From NCBI GenBank assembly GCA_046483445.1, contig JAWODD010000031.1, forward strand, positions 65,397 to 129,396: a DNA stretch of 64,000 bases, in the 5' to 3' direction. A model generated the notes under the pieces. That model searched no databases. It saw only the letters and a program-made list of their open reading frames with translations, and was not told the origin of the DNA. Position numbers and translations under genes: made by a program. Source of the DNA: Bacillota bacterium (GTDB taxonomy: Bacteria; Bacillota; Dethiobacteria; DTU022). Below, piece by piece: positions 8,127 to 17,858 of this stretch (its first letter is position 1; the number at the start of each line of letters is the position of its first letter).

Positions 8127-8939
8127 ATGGATAAATTGATTATTACCGCCGCTTTAACCGGAGCAGAAACTACCCGAGATGATAACCCCAACTTACCGGT
8201 AACCCCTGAAGAAATTGTTGAAGCTGCGGTAGAAGCTTGCCAGGCCGGGGCTTCAATTATTCACCTCCATGTGCGGGACCGGGATGGCAATCCTACCCAA
8301 TCGGCAGAAATATTTGGTGAAGTGATGGAGAAGATAAAATCACGTTGCTCCGCTATTTTGCAAGTATCAACCGGAGGCGCAGTTGGGATGAGCGCTGCGG
8401 AACGGGCCGCTCCATTGGATCTTAATCCTGAAATGGCCAGTTTAACTACCGGAACGGTTAATTTTGGCAAAGAAGTTTTTTCCAACCCCATGCCTTTGGT
8501 TGAAGAGTTGGCCGGGATGATGCAGAAGCAAGGAGTAAAGCCGGAGGTTGAAGTATTTGATGCCGGTATGATTTCCAGTGCCGGGTACCTGGTTAGAAAG
8601 GATTTGCTTAATAAACCGCTGCACTATGACTTTGTTATGGGCGTTCCCGGTGGAATAAGCGCCGGAATTCGTGAACTGGTGTTCCTGGTTGATAGTATCC
8701 TTCCGGGTTCAACCTGGACTGCGGCTGGAATTGGCCGTCACGAGCTGACTCTTGGTACTGCCGCTATCTTAATGGGCGGACATGTCCGAGTTGGGTTTGA
8801 GGATAATATCTATTTTGAAAAAGGAGTTCTGGCAAAAAGCAACGCTCAGCTTGTAGAAAGAGTGGCCAGGGTAGCTCAGGTCCATCAGCGCCCGGTTGCT
8901 ACGCCCGATGAGGCAAGGCAGATTCTTAACTTGACGTGA
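8127..8939 (+). CDS. BKACE/DUF849 beta-keto acid cleavage enzyme (3-keto-5-aminohexanoate cleavage enzyme-like)
   Basis: N-terminus LIITAALTGAETTRDDNPNLPVTPEEIVEAAVEACQAGASIIHLHVRD is a hallmark of the Kce/BKACE TIM-barrel family. The protein is 270 aa. Confidence 0.75.
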   Translation: MDKLIITAALTGAETTRDDNPNLPVTPEEIVEAAVEACQAGASIIHLHVRDRDGNPTQSAEIFGEVMEKIKSRCSAILQVSTGGAVGMSAAERAAPLDLNPEMASLTTGTVNFGKEVFSNPMPLVEELAGMMQKQGVKPEVEVFDAGMISSAGYLVRKDLLNKPLHYDFVMGVPGGISAGIRELVFLVDSILPGSTWTAAGIGRHELTLGTAAILMGGHVRVGFEDNIYFEKGVLAKSNAQLVERVARVAQVHQRPVATPDEARQILNLT

Positions 8940-8972
8940 AACCGATTATAAGGCAAAAGTTGCGCTTAATTT

Positions 8973-9728
8973 TTAAATGGTCAAGATTGGACTTATAGCT
9001 TTAAGGTATTCAATAATATCTTCCATTTCTTGTCCTCTTATCCTGGTACTGGGGCCTGAGACACTTATGGCACAGGTAGGGAAGCCATCCTGACTGAATA
9101 TCGGGACAGCAATACAGGTAATGCCTGTTATGTATTCTTCATTGTCAACAGCATATCCCTGTTCTTTAACTCGTCTTAATTCCTCAATTATCTGATCATA
9201 GGTGGTTATTGTATTTTTTGTGTAGCTGGCAAAATGGTTTTCTCCTTCTTTGTTTTCTCCTCCAAGGATATTTTCTAACTGGCCTTTTGAAAGCCAGGCC
9301 AGTATTGATTTACCCAATGCTGTGCAATAAGAGGGAACGCTGGCACCTACCTGCAAATCAGTTTTCAGGAAATGAGGACTGTCGATCTTGTAGATATAAA
9401 CAACCTCTTTATCTTTTAGAATGCCCAGGCTTATTGTTTCTTTGAATTCTTCGGACATTTTTTTCATGTAAGGGACAACTTCTTGTAATATATCCAGTTT
9501 TTTATTTGCCTGGGAACCTAATTCCATAAGTTTTAAGCCGATAGAATAAGATCCCCTATTGTTAAGTTGTCGTAAATATCCTCTTTCGGTAAGCACTCTT
9601 AATGAACGGTACATTACTGTTTTATTGAGGTTAAACGCTTCGCTCAGTTCGGCCAGGGTGAACTCTTTTTTATTGCTGGAACATATGTATTCCAGTATTT
9701 CCAAGGTCCTGTCAACAACTTTGAGCAT
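8973..9728 (-). CDS. IclR-family transcriptional regulator
   Basis: N-terminal wHTH (VVDRTLEILEYI...) and a C-terminal IclR effector domain are present in a 251-aa protein. It is convergent with the kce-like gene. Confidence 0.75.
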   Translation of the reverse strand: MLKVVDRTLEILEYICSSNKKEFTLAELSEAFNLNKTVMYRSLRVLTERGYLRQLNNRGSYSIGLKLMELGSQANKKLDILQEVVPYMKKMSEEFKETISLGILKDKEVVYIYKIDSPHFLKTDLQVGASVPSYCTALGKSILAWLSKGQLENILGGENKEGENHFASYTKNTITTYDQIIEELRRVKEQGYAVDNEEYITGITCIAVPIFSQDGFPTCAISVSGPSTRIRGQEMEDIIEYLKAISPILTI

Positions 9729-9802
9729 AGGATCGGTTCAAATCCTTCCTTATGGAATTTTAATTGCAAAATTTGTCTTAAGCATCTATTTAAGTTCAAG
9801 TT

Positions 9803-11755
9803 TTATTTGTTTTTTGTTTCCCTATTCTGGGAGTGATTATTGTTGTTTCCATTTGCCTGTTCCATTATTTCCGGACGTTCCAGGTAAAGCAATAATACTG
9901 ATAGATCCGCCGGGGTGACTCCTTCCATGCGGGAAGCCTGGCCGATAGTAGCCGGGCGAATTTCCTCCAATTTTTGGCGTGCTTCTACAGACAAATGCCT
10001 GGCCTTGCTATAATCAAAATTATCCGGTATTTTTTTATCATGCATGCGGGCGGTTTTTTCGATTGCCAACCCCTGCTTGGCAATATAGCCGGCATATTTA
10101 ATTTGATTTTCCAGTTCTTCCAGGGTGCCCTGGGGCAAATCAGGGACAGTCCTGTTTTCCCATTCCAGGTAGGCCGGGTAGCTAATTTCCGGCCTGCGAA
10201 TTAATTCCAGGGCACTTGCCGGTTGCCTGGGCAAGGAAGAATTGTGTTTGGTTAGAAAGTCTTCGATCGGTCCTCCGGGATTGTATTTTGTATTTTCCAG
10301 GCGAGTTAGTTCTGTCTCAATAAAAACTTTTTTGGTCAGATGTTTTTGGTAGCGCTCTTCGTCAATCAACCCAATCTGCCTGCTTTTTTCGCTCAGTCTT
10401 AAATCGGCATTATCTTTACGTAAGAGCAGACGATATTCACCCCTGGAAGTAAAAATACGGTAAGGTTCCAGCACTCCCCTGGTGACAAGATCATCAATCA
10501 TCACCCCGATATATGCCTCGCTGCGTTTTAATACCAGGGGTTCATTATTTTTTATATACATGGCGGCATTTATTCCGGCTATTAACCCTTGAGCCCCGGC
10601 TTCTTCGTAACCGGTAGTGCCATTGATCTGTCCGGCCAGGAAGAGCCCCGGAACAGCTTTGGTTTCCAGGGTTAATTTTAGCTGGGTGGGGGGAGCGAAA
10701 TCGTATTCAATTGCATAAGCGGGTCTCATCATTTCTACATTTTCCAGGCCTTCAATAGTGCGCAGGAATTCGGTTTGGATTTCCGGGGGGAGTCCCGTGG
10801 AAATCCCCTGCAAGTAAGCTTCATCTGTATCGGGACCTTCGGGCTCGATAAAAATAGGATGGCGGTCGCGATCAGTAAACCTGTATATTTTGTCTTCTAT
10901 TGAGGGGCAGTAGCGGGGCCCGGACCCCTTGATCAAGCCGCTGTAGAGGGGGGCCTGTGAAAAATTGTTCTTGATTATCTCGTGGGTTTTTGGGTTGGTA
11001 TAGGTCATCCAGCAGGGGATCTGCTGGTCGGGTGCTTTTTTGGTAATAATCGAAAAGCCGGGAGCATCGGGACTTCCGTACACCGGGCTTAAGTTTGAAA
11101 AATCTATACTGCGGTGGTAAACGCGCGGAGGAGTATCTGTTTTAAACCGTTCCAGGGTGAGCCCCAGATTTTGCAAACATTTTGCCAGGTTAATCGAAGG
11201 AGTTAAACTGCCCGGAGCAGCATCATATTGGTGGTCACCAAGGAAAAGCCTGGCCGACAGGTAAACACCGCTGCAAATGACTACAGCTTTTGCCGGGTAG
11301 AAAGCGCTGCTGCGGCCGCGGACGCCGCTAATGCCCTTTTCGTCTATCTCGATTTTTTCGGCCATATCTTCACGCATGGTGAGACCCGGTTGTTTTTCCA
11401 GGGTTGTCCGCATAGAGCGCTGGTAGCCCCACTTGTTGATCTGGGCCCGCATTGCCTGGACAGCCGGTCCTTTACCGGTATTCAGGATCCGCACCTGTAA
11501 GGTGTTTTGATCGGCGATCCGGGGCATTTCTCCGCCCAGGGCGTCGATTTCTTTTACCAGATGTCCTTTACCGGGTCCGCCCAAAGAAGGGTTACAGGCC
11601 ATAAAAGCAACCATGTCCAGGTTTAAACTCAAAAGAAGGGTGCGACAGCCAAGTCGGGATGCGGCCAGAGCCGCTTCACAGCCGGCATGGCCTGCACCAA
11701 TTACGATGATATCGTAACTGTCGGAAGGATTTATGCTATTGATTGGTTTACTCAT
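9803..11755 (-). CDS. mnmG: tRNA uridine-5-carboxymethylaminomethyl synthesis enzyme MnmG (GidA)
   Basis: FAD motif [22 protein letters not shown] opens the protein, which is about 650 aa, and MnmG-specific blocks run throughout. Confidence 0.9.
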   Translation of the reverse strand: MSKPINSINPSDSYDIIVIGAGHAGCEAALAASRLGCRTLLLSLNLDMVAFMACNPSLGGPGKGHLVKEIDALGGEMPRIADQNTLQVRILNTGKGPAVQAMRAQINKWGYQRSMRTTLEKQPGLTMREDMAEKIEIDEKGISGVRGRSSAFYPAKAVVICSGVYLSARLFLGDHQYDAAPGSLTPSINLAKCLQNLGLTLERFKTDTPPRVYHRSIDFSNLSPVYGSPDAPGFSIITKKAPDQQIPCWMTYTNPKTHEIIKNNFSQAPLYSGLIKGSGPRYCPSIEDKIYRFTDRDRHPIFIEPEGPDTDEAYLQGISTGLPPEIQTEFLRTIEGLENVEMMRPAYAIEYDFAPPTQLKLTLETKAVPGLFLAGQINGTTGYEEAGAQGLIAGINAAMYIKNNEPLVLKRSEAYIGVMIDDLVTRGVLEPYRIFTSRGEYRLLLRKDNADLRLSEKSRQIGLIDEERYQKHLTKKVFIETELTRLENTKYNPGGPIEDFLTKHNSSLPRQPASALELIRRPEISYPAYLEWENRTVPDLPQGTLEELENQIKYAGYIAKQGLAIEKTARMHDKKIPDNFDYSKARHLSVEARQKLEEIRPATIGQASRMEGVTPADLSVLLLYLERPEIMEQANGNNNNHSQNRETKNK

Positions 11756-11776
11756 ATTTTTTTCACCAACTATAAT

Positions 11777-13423
11777 TTACCAGTGTTGATAGCCGCGAGC
11801 AATAGGCATCCGCCTGCCCCGGCCGAAAGAATTGGGTGTAAACCGCAAGCCCGGCGCGGCCTGTTTTCGTTTGAATTCAGAGGTGTCAACCATATGGACC
11901 ACCCTTTCCACGGTTTTTCTATCGTAACCTTCAGCGATGATTTCTTCCGGTGAACGGGTTTCTTCCAGGTACATTTTTAAAATGGGGTCAAGAAGATCAT
12001 AGGGAGGCAGCGAATCCTCGTCTTTTTGATCGGGGCGCAGTTCTGCTGATGGTGGCTTGGTAAGTATACTTTCCGGAATCACTTTTTCTCCTTTAATTTC
12101 ATTGATGTAGTGGGCCAATTCGTAAACTTTCATTTTGGGGATGTCAGATATCATAGCAAAACCGCCGGCCATATCTCCGTAAAGAGTACAATAGCTGACG
12201 GCCAGCTCCGATTTGTTCCCGGCTGCTAAGACCATATATTTTTCCCGGTTGGCGATATGCATCATAATATTGCCGCGCAGGCGGGCCTGGAGGTTTTCTT
12301 CGGCCAAATCCAAAATGGGGGTGCCTTCTTCATTGAGGATGCCGGTAAAAGCATAATAAGGTTGTTCGATTGCAATGGTTCGATATTTTATGCCTAAGTT
12401 TTCAGCTAAGGTTACAGCATCTTTTTTACTGTGTTCGGATGAATAGGGAGAAGGCATCAGCACTCCTAAAACATTCTCCGGTCCCAGGGCTTCAGCAGCT
12501 ATAGCAGCTACTACTGATGAATCAATCCCACCGCTTAAGCCCAGGGCTGCTTTTTTAAACCCGGTCTTTTTAAGAAAATCCCGGGTGCCCAGTTTTAATA
12601 ATTGGTGAACAGTGCTGATGTCGTCCCGGTCAGACGGGACGATTTTTGCGGCCGGCTTGAAAAGTTCTTCTGTATCAACATAAAAGAGTTCTTCTTCAAC
12701 CGCAGAGGAGCGGTAAAGCAGCTCTCCCCTGGTGTTGTAAACCAGGCTTGAGCCGTCAAAAATAAGTTCGTCATTGGCGCCTACTTGATTTAGGTAGATG
12801 ACGGCCGTGTTATATTTTTTTGCCAAAAAGGGTAGCATATCTTCCCGCAGAGCGTGTTTGCCTAAATGGTAAGGCGAAGCGGAAAGATTAAGCAAAAGCT
12901 TAGCCCCCTGGTCAAATAATTTTTCTAATGGGTCGCTATCATAAATGGGGATGGAAAAATAGTCATTGTCGTTCCAAATGTCTTCACAAATTGTGAGTGC
13001 TGTAGGCAAATGATCAAGTATCTCTATCTTGCGGTCAAAATACCTCGTGAAGTGTCTTTCCTCATCAAACACATCGAAGAAAGGCAGCAGTGTTTTTAAG
13101 TGAATTGATTTAATTTCTCCTTTTTCTAACACCAGGGCTGCGTTATAAAGCCTGTTATTTTGCTGATGGTTGGCTCCGATTATAATAGGAATGCCGCTTT
13201 TGGCGGTCAAGGGGACTAAATCATCAGTGATCAATTTTCTTTCTTTATCTAAAAAATGCTGGTAAGTCAAAAGGTCTCTGGGGGGATAGCCAATTAGCGC
13301 CAGTTCAGTAAAAACAACTAAATCGGCTTTTTCTGCAACCGCCCGCCGGTAATATTCTTTTATCCTTGCCAGGTTTTCATCTAATGCTCCGATGGTGGGG
13401 TTTAGCTGGGCCAGGGCAATGCG
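11777..13423 (-). CDS. nadE: Glutamine-dependent NAD+ synthetase (CN-hydrolase domain fused to NadE domain)
   Basis: MRIALAQLNPTIG opens a CN-hydrolase domain with an EKC catalytic triad, followed by a C-terminal NAD synthetase PP-loop (SGGIDSS). I moved the start to the ATG at 13423, which has a GGAGGG RBS; the ORF track gives 13459. Confidence 0.85.
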   Translation of the reverse strand, partial: RIALAQLNPTIGALDENLARIKEYYRRAVAEKADLVVFTELALIGYPPRDLLTYQHFLDKERKLITDDLVPLTAKSGIPIIIGANHQQNNRLYNAALVLEKGEIKSIHLKTLLPFFDVFDEERHFTRYFDRKIEILDHLPTALTICEDIWNDNDYFSIPIYDSDPLEKLFDQGAKLLLNLSASPYHLGKHALREDMLPFLAKKYNTAVIYLNQVGANDELIFDGSSLVYNTRGELLYRSSAVEEELFYVDTEELFKPAAKIVPSDRDDISTVHQLLKLGTRDFLKKTGFKKAALGLSGGIDSSVVAAIAAEALGPENVLGVLMPSPYSSEHSKKDAVTLAENLGIKYRTIAIEQPYYAFTGILNEEGTPILDLAEENLQARLRGNIMMHIANREKYMVLAAGNKSELAVSYCTLYGDMAGGFAMISDIPKMKVYELAHYINEIKGEKVIPESILTKPPSAELRPDQKDEDSLPPYDLLDPILKMYLEETRSPEEIIAEGYDRKTVERVVHMVDTSEFKRKQAAPGLRFTPNSFGRGRRMPIARGYQHW

Positions 13424-13739
13424 CATGAAAATGATCCCTCCAAACAATAAAATACTCACGGGAAAGCATTTTCCCGTGAGCGTTTTCCCCTAGAAAGCAG
13501 TTATTCTGGATGCATTATAATCAAGGGTTGTTTGAAAGTCAAGTAAAACCATGATTGATGAAAACCTAATTGCTGAAATTTTAGGCCTTGAAAACCTGGC
13601 GGAAGTTATTTATCCATGATTGTCCGATGCTGCTGTTTGCATTGCTTTTGTTGAGGTTTATTTTTATAATATTACTATAAACGGCTGCTTTAATGGATGT
13701 TGAGGGCTTAAGGTAGCACAAAAAATAGGAGGTGCTTCG

Positions 13740-13949
13740 ATGCTCGAGGTATATGTCAAAGATGGCTGCCCTTACTGTGAAAAACAGCTTGAAGTATTGA
13801 AGAAAAAAGGGGTGGAATACAAACCTTACAATGTGAGCGCTGATTCAGAAGCGCTTAGGAAAGCTCGTGAGGAATACAAAGCTGATAAAGTTCCGGTCCT
13901 GGTTGAAAATGGTGAGGTCCAGAGTATTGGTTTTGGCGGTGGTGGTTGA
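13740..13949 (+). CDS. Glutaredoxin-like small redox protein
   Basis: CPYC active-site motif is present in a 69-aa thioredoxin-fold protein, with an AGGAGG RBS upstream. Confidence 0.6.
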   Translation: MLEVYVKDGCPYCEKQLEVLKKKGVEYKPYNVSADSEALRKAREEYKADKVPVLVENGEVQSIGFGGGG

Positions 13950-13988
13950 GGCATTTAAAATAAAAGCCGCCGTGAGCGGCTATATTCA

Positions 13989-14906
13989 TCAGGAGGGGTC
14001 CAGGTGCACAATCGTTTCACAGTGGCATTCTTTGCTGATGTGATCTTCAACCTGGTGAGCCATCTGATGAGCCTTGTCCAAACTTAAATTTCCGCTCACT
14101 TCAATGTGCATGGTGATTACTTTCCAGGAACCGTAATCATGGATTTCAAGATTGTGAGCATTGATAACTCCCTCTACTTCTTTGGCGCTGTTTACCACCT
14201 TTTCCTCAAGCTCTTTGTTAGGGGCAGCGCCCAAAAGCCGGCTGCTTGAATTTCGGGCGATTTTCAAACCCACGTACAGGATTAAGAGGGCAATAGCAAA
14301 ACCAAAGATAGCATCTAACTGGTAAAGTCCAAAATAACCGCCAATTAAAGCAACCAGGGCCAGGGCAGAGGAAAGTGAGTCACTGCGGTGATGCCAGGCA
14401 TCCCCGGCAATAGTATCCGATTTGATTAAATTACCCAGGTGGGTGGAAAAGAAGTATAAAAATTCCTTGATCAGGATAACGGTTATTATAGCAATTATGG
14501 CTGGTACGCTCGGGGTGAAAAGGACATTTTCGAAATACCGGGTGTAGGCATTGTGGATGAGGGTGCCGCTTAAACCAATCAGCATTAAAGCAATAACCAG
14601 ACCGGCTAAATATTCAGTTCGGCCGTGGCCATGTGGATGTTCCCGGTCCGGCTTTTTTTTGGCCAGAGAAAAGCCTAAAAATACCACAAGAGATGATAGA
14701 ATATCTGAAATACTGTGGACAGCATCGGCTATTAGAGCGATGCTGTTGGTGAGCAAACCGAAAACAACTTTTAGCAGGGTCAAAAAAAGGTTGCTGCCTA
14801 TGCTGGTCCAGCTAACAATTAAACCGACCCGGTGTCTTTCGGCGGGTTTGTAAAGGTCGCGGTTTGCAATTATTTTTTGAGCCAGATTAGTTGCTAAAAA
14901 TTTCAT
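13989..14906 (-). CDS. Cation diffusion facilitator (CDF) family metal efflux transporter
   Basis: It has six TM helices, the motifs HSISDILSS and HHRSDSLSS, a His-rich loop and a C-terminal cytoplasmic domain. Confidence 0.8.
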   Translation of the reverse strand: MKFLATNLAQKIIANRDLYKPAERHRVGLIVSWTSIGSNLFLTLLKVVFGLLTNSIALIADAVHSISDILSSLVVFLGFSLAKKKPDREHPHGHGRTEYLAGLVIALMLIGLSGTLIHNAYTRYFENVLFTPSVPAIIAIITVILIKEFLYFFSTHLGNLIKSDTIAGDAWHHRSDSLSSALALVALIGGYFGLYQLDAIFGFAIALLILYVGLKIARNSSSRLLGAAPNKELEEKVVNSAKEVEGVINAHNLEIHDYGSWKVITMHIEVSGNLSLDKAHQMAHQVEDHISKECHCETIVHLDPS

Positions 14907-15242
14907 AATGCCCTACCTTTGCTTGTTGCGTGTCCAAAATTTCACCTCATTATAACATAGGAAAATAATTTCTTCATGCTTGGAAACAGTTATAATGGTG
15001 CGCCTCGAAGTTTAAGTGTGCTTGAGGCTTAATTATTTATAAAAGTTTGGGTTAACCGGTTAAAGTTCATCTTATCATTGTTATGCTTCATTTCACTGCA
15101 GCTACTGCCTTTTGCGAAATCACAGAAAATATGACATAATATATAGTGAGATATGTCAAGAGTAAATTTAAGGTTGCTTAATAGCAGCACTAAAATGACT
15201 CTGACAAACGGGCTGGATTAATTGTTATTATCTTGCTTAATC

Positions 15243-15297
15243 CCGTATCATAATCAGGATCAGGCTCGACCTGGACGATTCAATACGGTTTTTTTTT
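15243..15297 (+). terminator. Terminator or attenuator-like hairpin plus T9 run in the leader of MttB-1
   Basis: CCGTAT...ATACGG imperfect stem with internal pairing is followed by TTTTTTTTT. It lies on the plus strand where no plus-strand gene ends, about 60 nt upstream of the MttB-1 start. Confidence 0.4.
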
Positions 15298-15356
15298 ATT
15301 TTAAAAGAAAACAAAGGAGGTGAACAGCCTGGAATGAATGAACCCAGGCTGGAAGA

Positions 15357-16892
15357 TTGAGCGAAAGAGGAGTAATAGTAGATAAGCCGTATGCCCGGTT
15401 AAGCCGGGAGCAAATTGAACTGATCAACAAGGCATCCTTGGAAATTTTAGAGAATCCGGGGGTATTATGCTTCCATGAGGAAAGTGTTTCCCTTCTGGAA
15501 AAGGCCGGGGCCAAAGTAAAGCCTACCCGTGAAGGAGAGCATGAAGCCTGGTGGGTGAGCATCCCGGAAAAGGTAGTAAAAAAAGCTCTTGAAACTGTCC
15601 CTTCAAAAATCACTCTTGGTGCGCGTAAGCCGGAAAATAAAGTGGTCCTTGATGCAGAGGGCAGTAGAATTCACTTTGGAAGCGGTTCAGAAACGAACTA
15701 CTGGTTGGAAGTAGAACCGGAAACCTTTACTGCAAAGCAGGACGGCCACGAAAGAGTATTCCCGTTGATCAAGCGTAAGCGCGGTAATCTTGACTACCTG
15801 TGCCGCTCTGCTCATTTGGCGGAACAGCTTGAACACTTAGATTTCTTTATCCGTAATGTAAATGTCCAGGATGAAGACATTACAACCGAAAACAAGGATG
15901 TTAACGTCTTTTTTTCTTGCCTAAACAATATTACCAAACCGGTTATTGGCGGCATTGCTGATTTTAATCAACTGGAAAAAGTTGTCGGGATGGCTGAAGT
16001 TATCGCCGGCGGCCGCGAAGAACTAATTAAGAATCCGATTGTTTCATTTATTACCAGTGTTATAAAAAGCCCTCTGCAGGTAGTGGGAGAAACTGCTGAA
16101 AAATTGGTTAATATAGCCAGATTGAACTTACCCGTGGTGATTTCCACTTCGCCGCAGGGTGGCTCAACTGCACCCATTGATGAAATGGGCATGGTAACCC
16201 AGGTAAATGCCGAAGCGCTTACCGGTATAGTAATCAACCAGCTGGCCAATCCAGGAGCTCCGGTTATTTATGGCGCGGTTCCGGTGCGGGCCAGGATGGA
16301 TGACTTGCACGACATGTATGGTGTGCCTGAATTTTGTCACTATACAATGGCCTGTGCGCAGATGGCCCGTTATTACAAGGTGCCCTGCTATTCTACTGCC
16401 GGGGTCGGCGATGCCAAGGTTCCGGGCATGCAGGCGGCCGTTGAAAAAATGTACACCTATACCGCTGTGCCTTTTGCCGCTCCTGATTTAATTCACTATG
16501 CTTTTGGCCTGCTGGAGAAAACCATGACTTTCTCCCCCGATCAGGCCGTTCTTGACAACCACATGATCGGCATGTCCAAATTTCTGCAGCGTGAGAGCGG
16601 AATCAAACCGGAAGAAAAAGACCGGGTGGTAAAAATGATTGGCGAGGTGATGGACAGCCCTTACCGGATGTATGCCCGTTATGCCCGGAAAATGCTGCGC
16701 AAGGGCGGTATATTTGAAGGATTTCCATTTGAAGGGGAATTAGATGACCAGGATCAATCACTGCTGATGATAAACAAGCAGCTCAAAGAGCTTGAAGGCA
16801 GAGAGCCACAATATCTGCCTGAAGATTTATGCAAAAAGATTTTTGAGCAAACCCCGGGCCTGGTATCCCGCCTAAATCCATATAACAAGTAA
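15357..16892 (+). CDS. MttB-superfamily (trimethylamine methyltransferase family, non-pyrrolysine) quaternary-amine:corrinoid methyltransferase, paralog 1
   Basis: The 511-aa protein has MttB-family blocks (LSREQIELINKASLEILE, a G-rich TIM-barrel core) and no in-frame TAG. It starts at a TTG that overlaps the stop of an 8-codon upstream ORF. Confidence 0.8.
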   Translation: MSERGVIVDKPYARLSREQIELINKASLEILENPGVLCFHEESVSLLEKAGAKVKPTREGEHEAWWVSIPEKVVKKALETVPSKITLGARKPENKVVLDAEGSRIHFGSGSETNYWLEVEPETFTAKQDGHERVFPLIKRKRGNLDYLCRSAHLAEQLEHLDFFIRNVNVQDEDITTENKDVNVFFSCLNNITKPVIGGIADFNQLEKVVGMAEVIAGGREELIKNPIVSFITSVIKSPLQVVGETAEKLVNIARLNLPVVISTSPQGGSTAPIDEMGMVTQVNAEALTGIVINQLANPGAPVIYGAVPVRARMDDLHDMYGVPEFCHYTMACAQMARYYKVPCYSTAGVGDAKVPGMQAAVEKMYTYTAVPFAAPDLIHYAFGLLEKTMTFSPDQAVLDNHMIGMSKFLQRESGIKPEEKDRVVKMIGEVMDSPYRMYARYARKMLRKGGIFEGFPFEGELDDQDQSLLMINKQLKELEGREPQYLPEDLCKKIFEQTPGLVSRLNPYNK

Positions 16893-17158
16893 TCTCGCAA
16901 ATATGCTGACATTAGGATTTTACCTTTTACAGAAATAGTTGCTGCTGCCCTATAACCGGATACCATTGCTGTGCAGTTGGTACCTGTTAAAACAAGGGCT
17001 TATTTCTGCCTTCAGCATAGAACTTATGAAAAGTTGCCTTTTTATACCGGGAAAGTTTTTGTTTGCGGGTGCCAGGGTAAAAAAGGATCCAGACAGGATA
17101 TCTTGAAATTAACAAGCGCGATTACAAATTAAGACGTTTACATTAAGGAGGAAAAACT

Positions 17159-17857
17159 TTGAAAGAAGAACTGATCGATAAGATTGTTGACAACGTCCTG
17201 CAGGGGCGGCGCAATCAGGAAGATGAAGGAATCGAAGAAGATTATGCCGGAAAACCTGGGGTGGCAGAATTGGTTCAACAAGCCCTTGATGAGGGAGTTG
17301 AAACCAATACCATTTTGCTTGAAGGCCTGAGCAAGGGAATGGAGATGGTCGGTCAAAAATATGAAACGGGCGAGTATTTTATTCCCGATATGCTGACCGC
17401 AGCTGAAGCTGTGGAAGCGGGTATGAAAGTGATGGAGCCGTACCTGGGTGGTGAAGGTGAAAGTGAAGGTAAAGGCAAGGTTATCATGGCCACGGTGGAA
17501 AAAGACCTCCATGATATTGGTAAAAACCTGGTTTGTATTATGCTCAAAGGCGCCGGGTTTAATGTGGTAGACCTGGGTATTGACGTTCCTGCTTCCCGCA
17601 TAGCCGAAGCGGCGGAAGAAGAGAGCGCTGAAATGGTGGGCCTTTCCGCTTTACTTAATACCACGATGACCAATATGGAAGACGTCGTCAAGGAACTGGA
17701 GCAAAAAGGAATGAGAAACAAAGTTAAAGTTATTATCGGCGGAGCGCCTACTTCAGAGGATTTTGCCCAGGAAATTGGTGCCGATGCTTACGGCAAAGAT
17801 GCTTTTGCCGCCATTAAAGTGGCGGAACAATTATTGCAAGCAGGAGGGAATCGTTAG
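17159..17857 (+). CDS. Cobalamin-binding corrinoid protein (MtgC/MttC-like)
   Basis: B12-binding motif DxHxxG (DLHDIGKN) sits in the Rossmann-like domain after an N-terminal helical cap. It uses a TTG start with an AAGGAGG RBS and is 232 aa. Confidence 0.85.
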   Translation: MKEELIDKIVDNVLQGRRNQEDEGIEEDYAGKPGVAELVQQALDEGVETNTILLEGLSKGMEMVGQKYETGEYFIPDMLTAAEAVEAGMKVMEPYLGGEGESEGKGKVIMATVEKDLHDIGKNLVCIMLKGAGFNVVDLGIDVPASRIAEAAEEESAEMVGLSALLNTTMTNMEDVVKELEQKGMRNKVKVIIGGAPTSEDFAQEIGADAYGKDAFAAIKVAEQLLQAGGNR

Positions 17858-17858
17858 T

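Noticed and set aside
17353-17721. 122-aa antisense ORF inside the corrinoid protein gene, and similar antisense ORFs within other strongly supported genes (for example 16270-16491, 24867-25391, 28580-28882, 36469-36955, 53511-53831, 56077-56482 and 62513-62859)
   Set aside because: They are embedded antisense or out-of-frame within genes that have clear family signatures. Their Ser/Pro/Arg-rich translations are typical of shadow ORFs.
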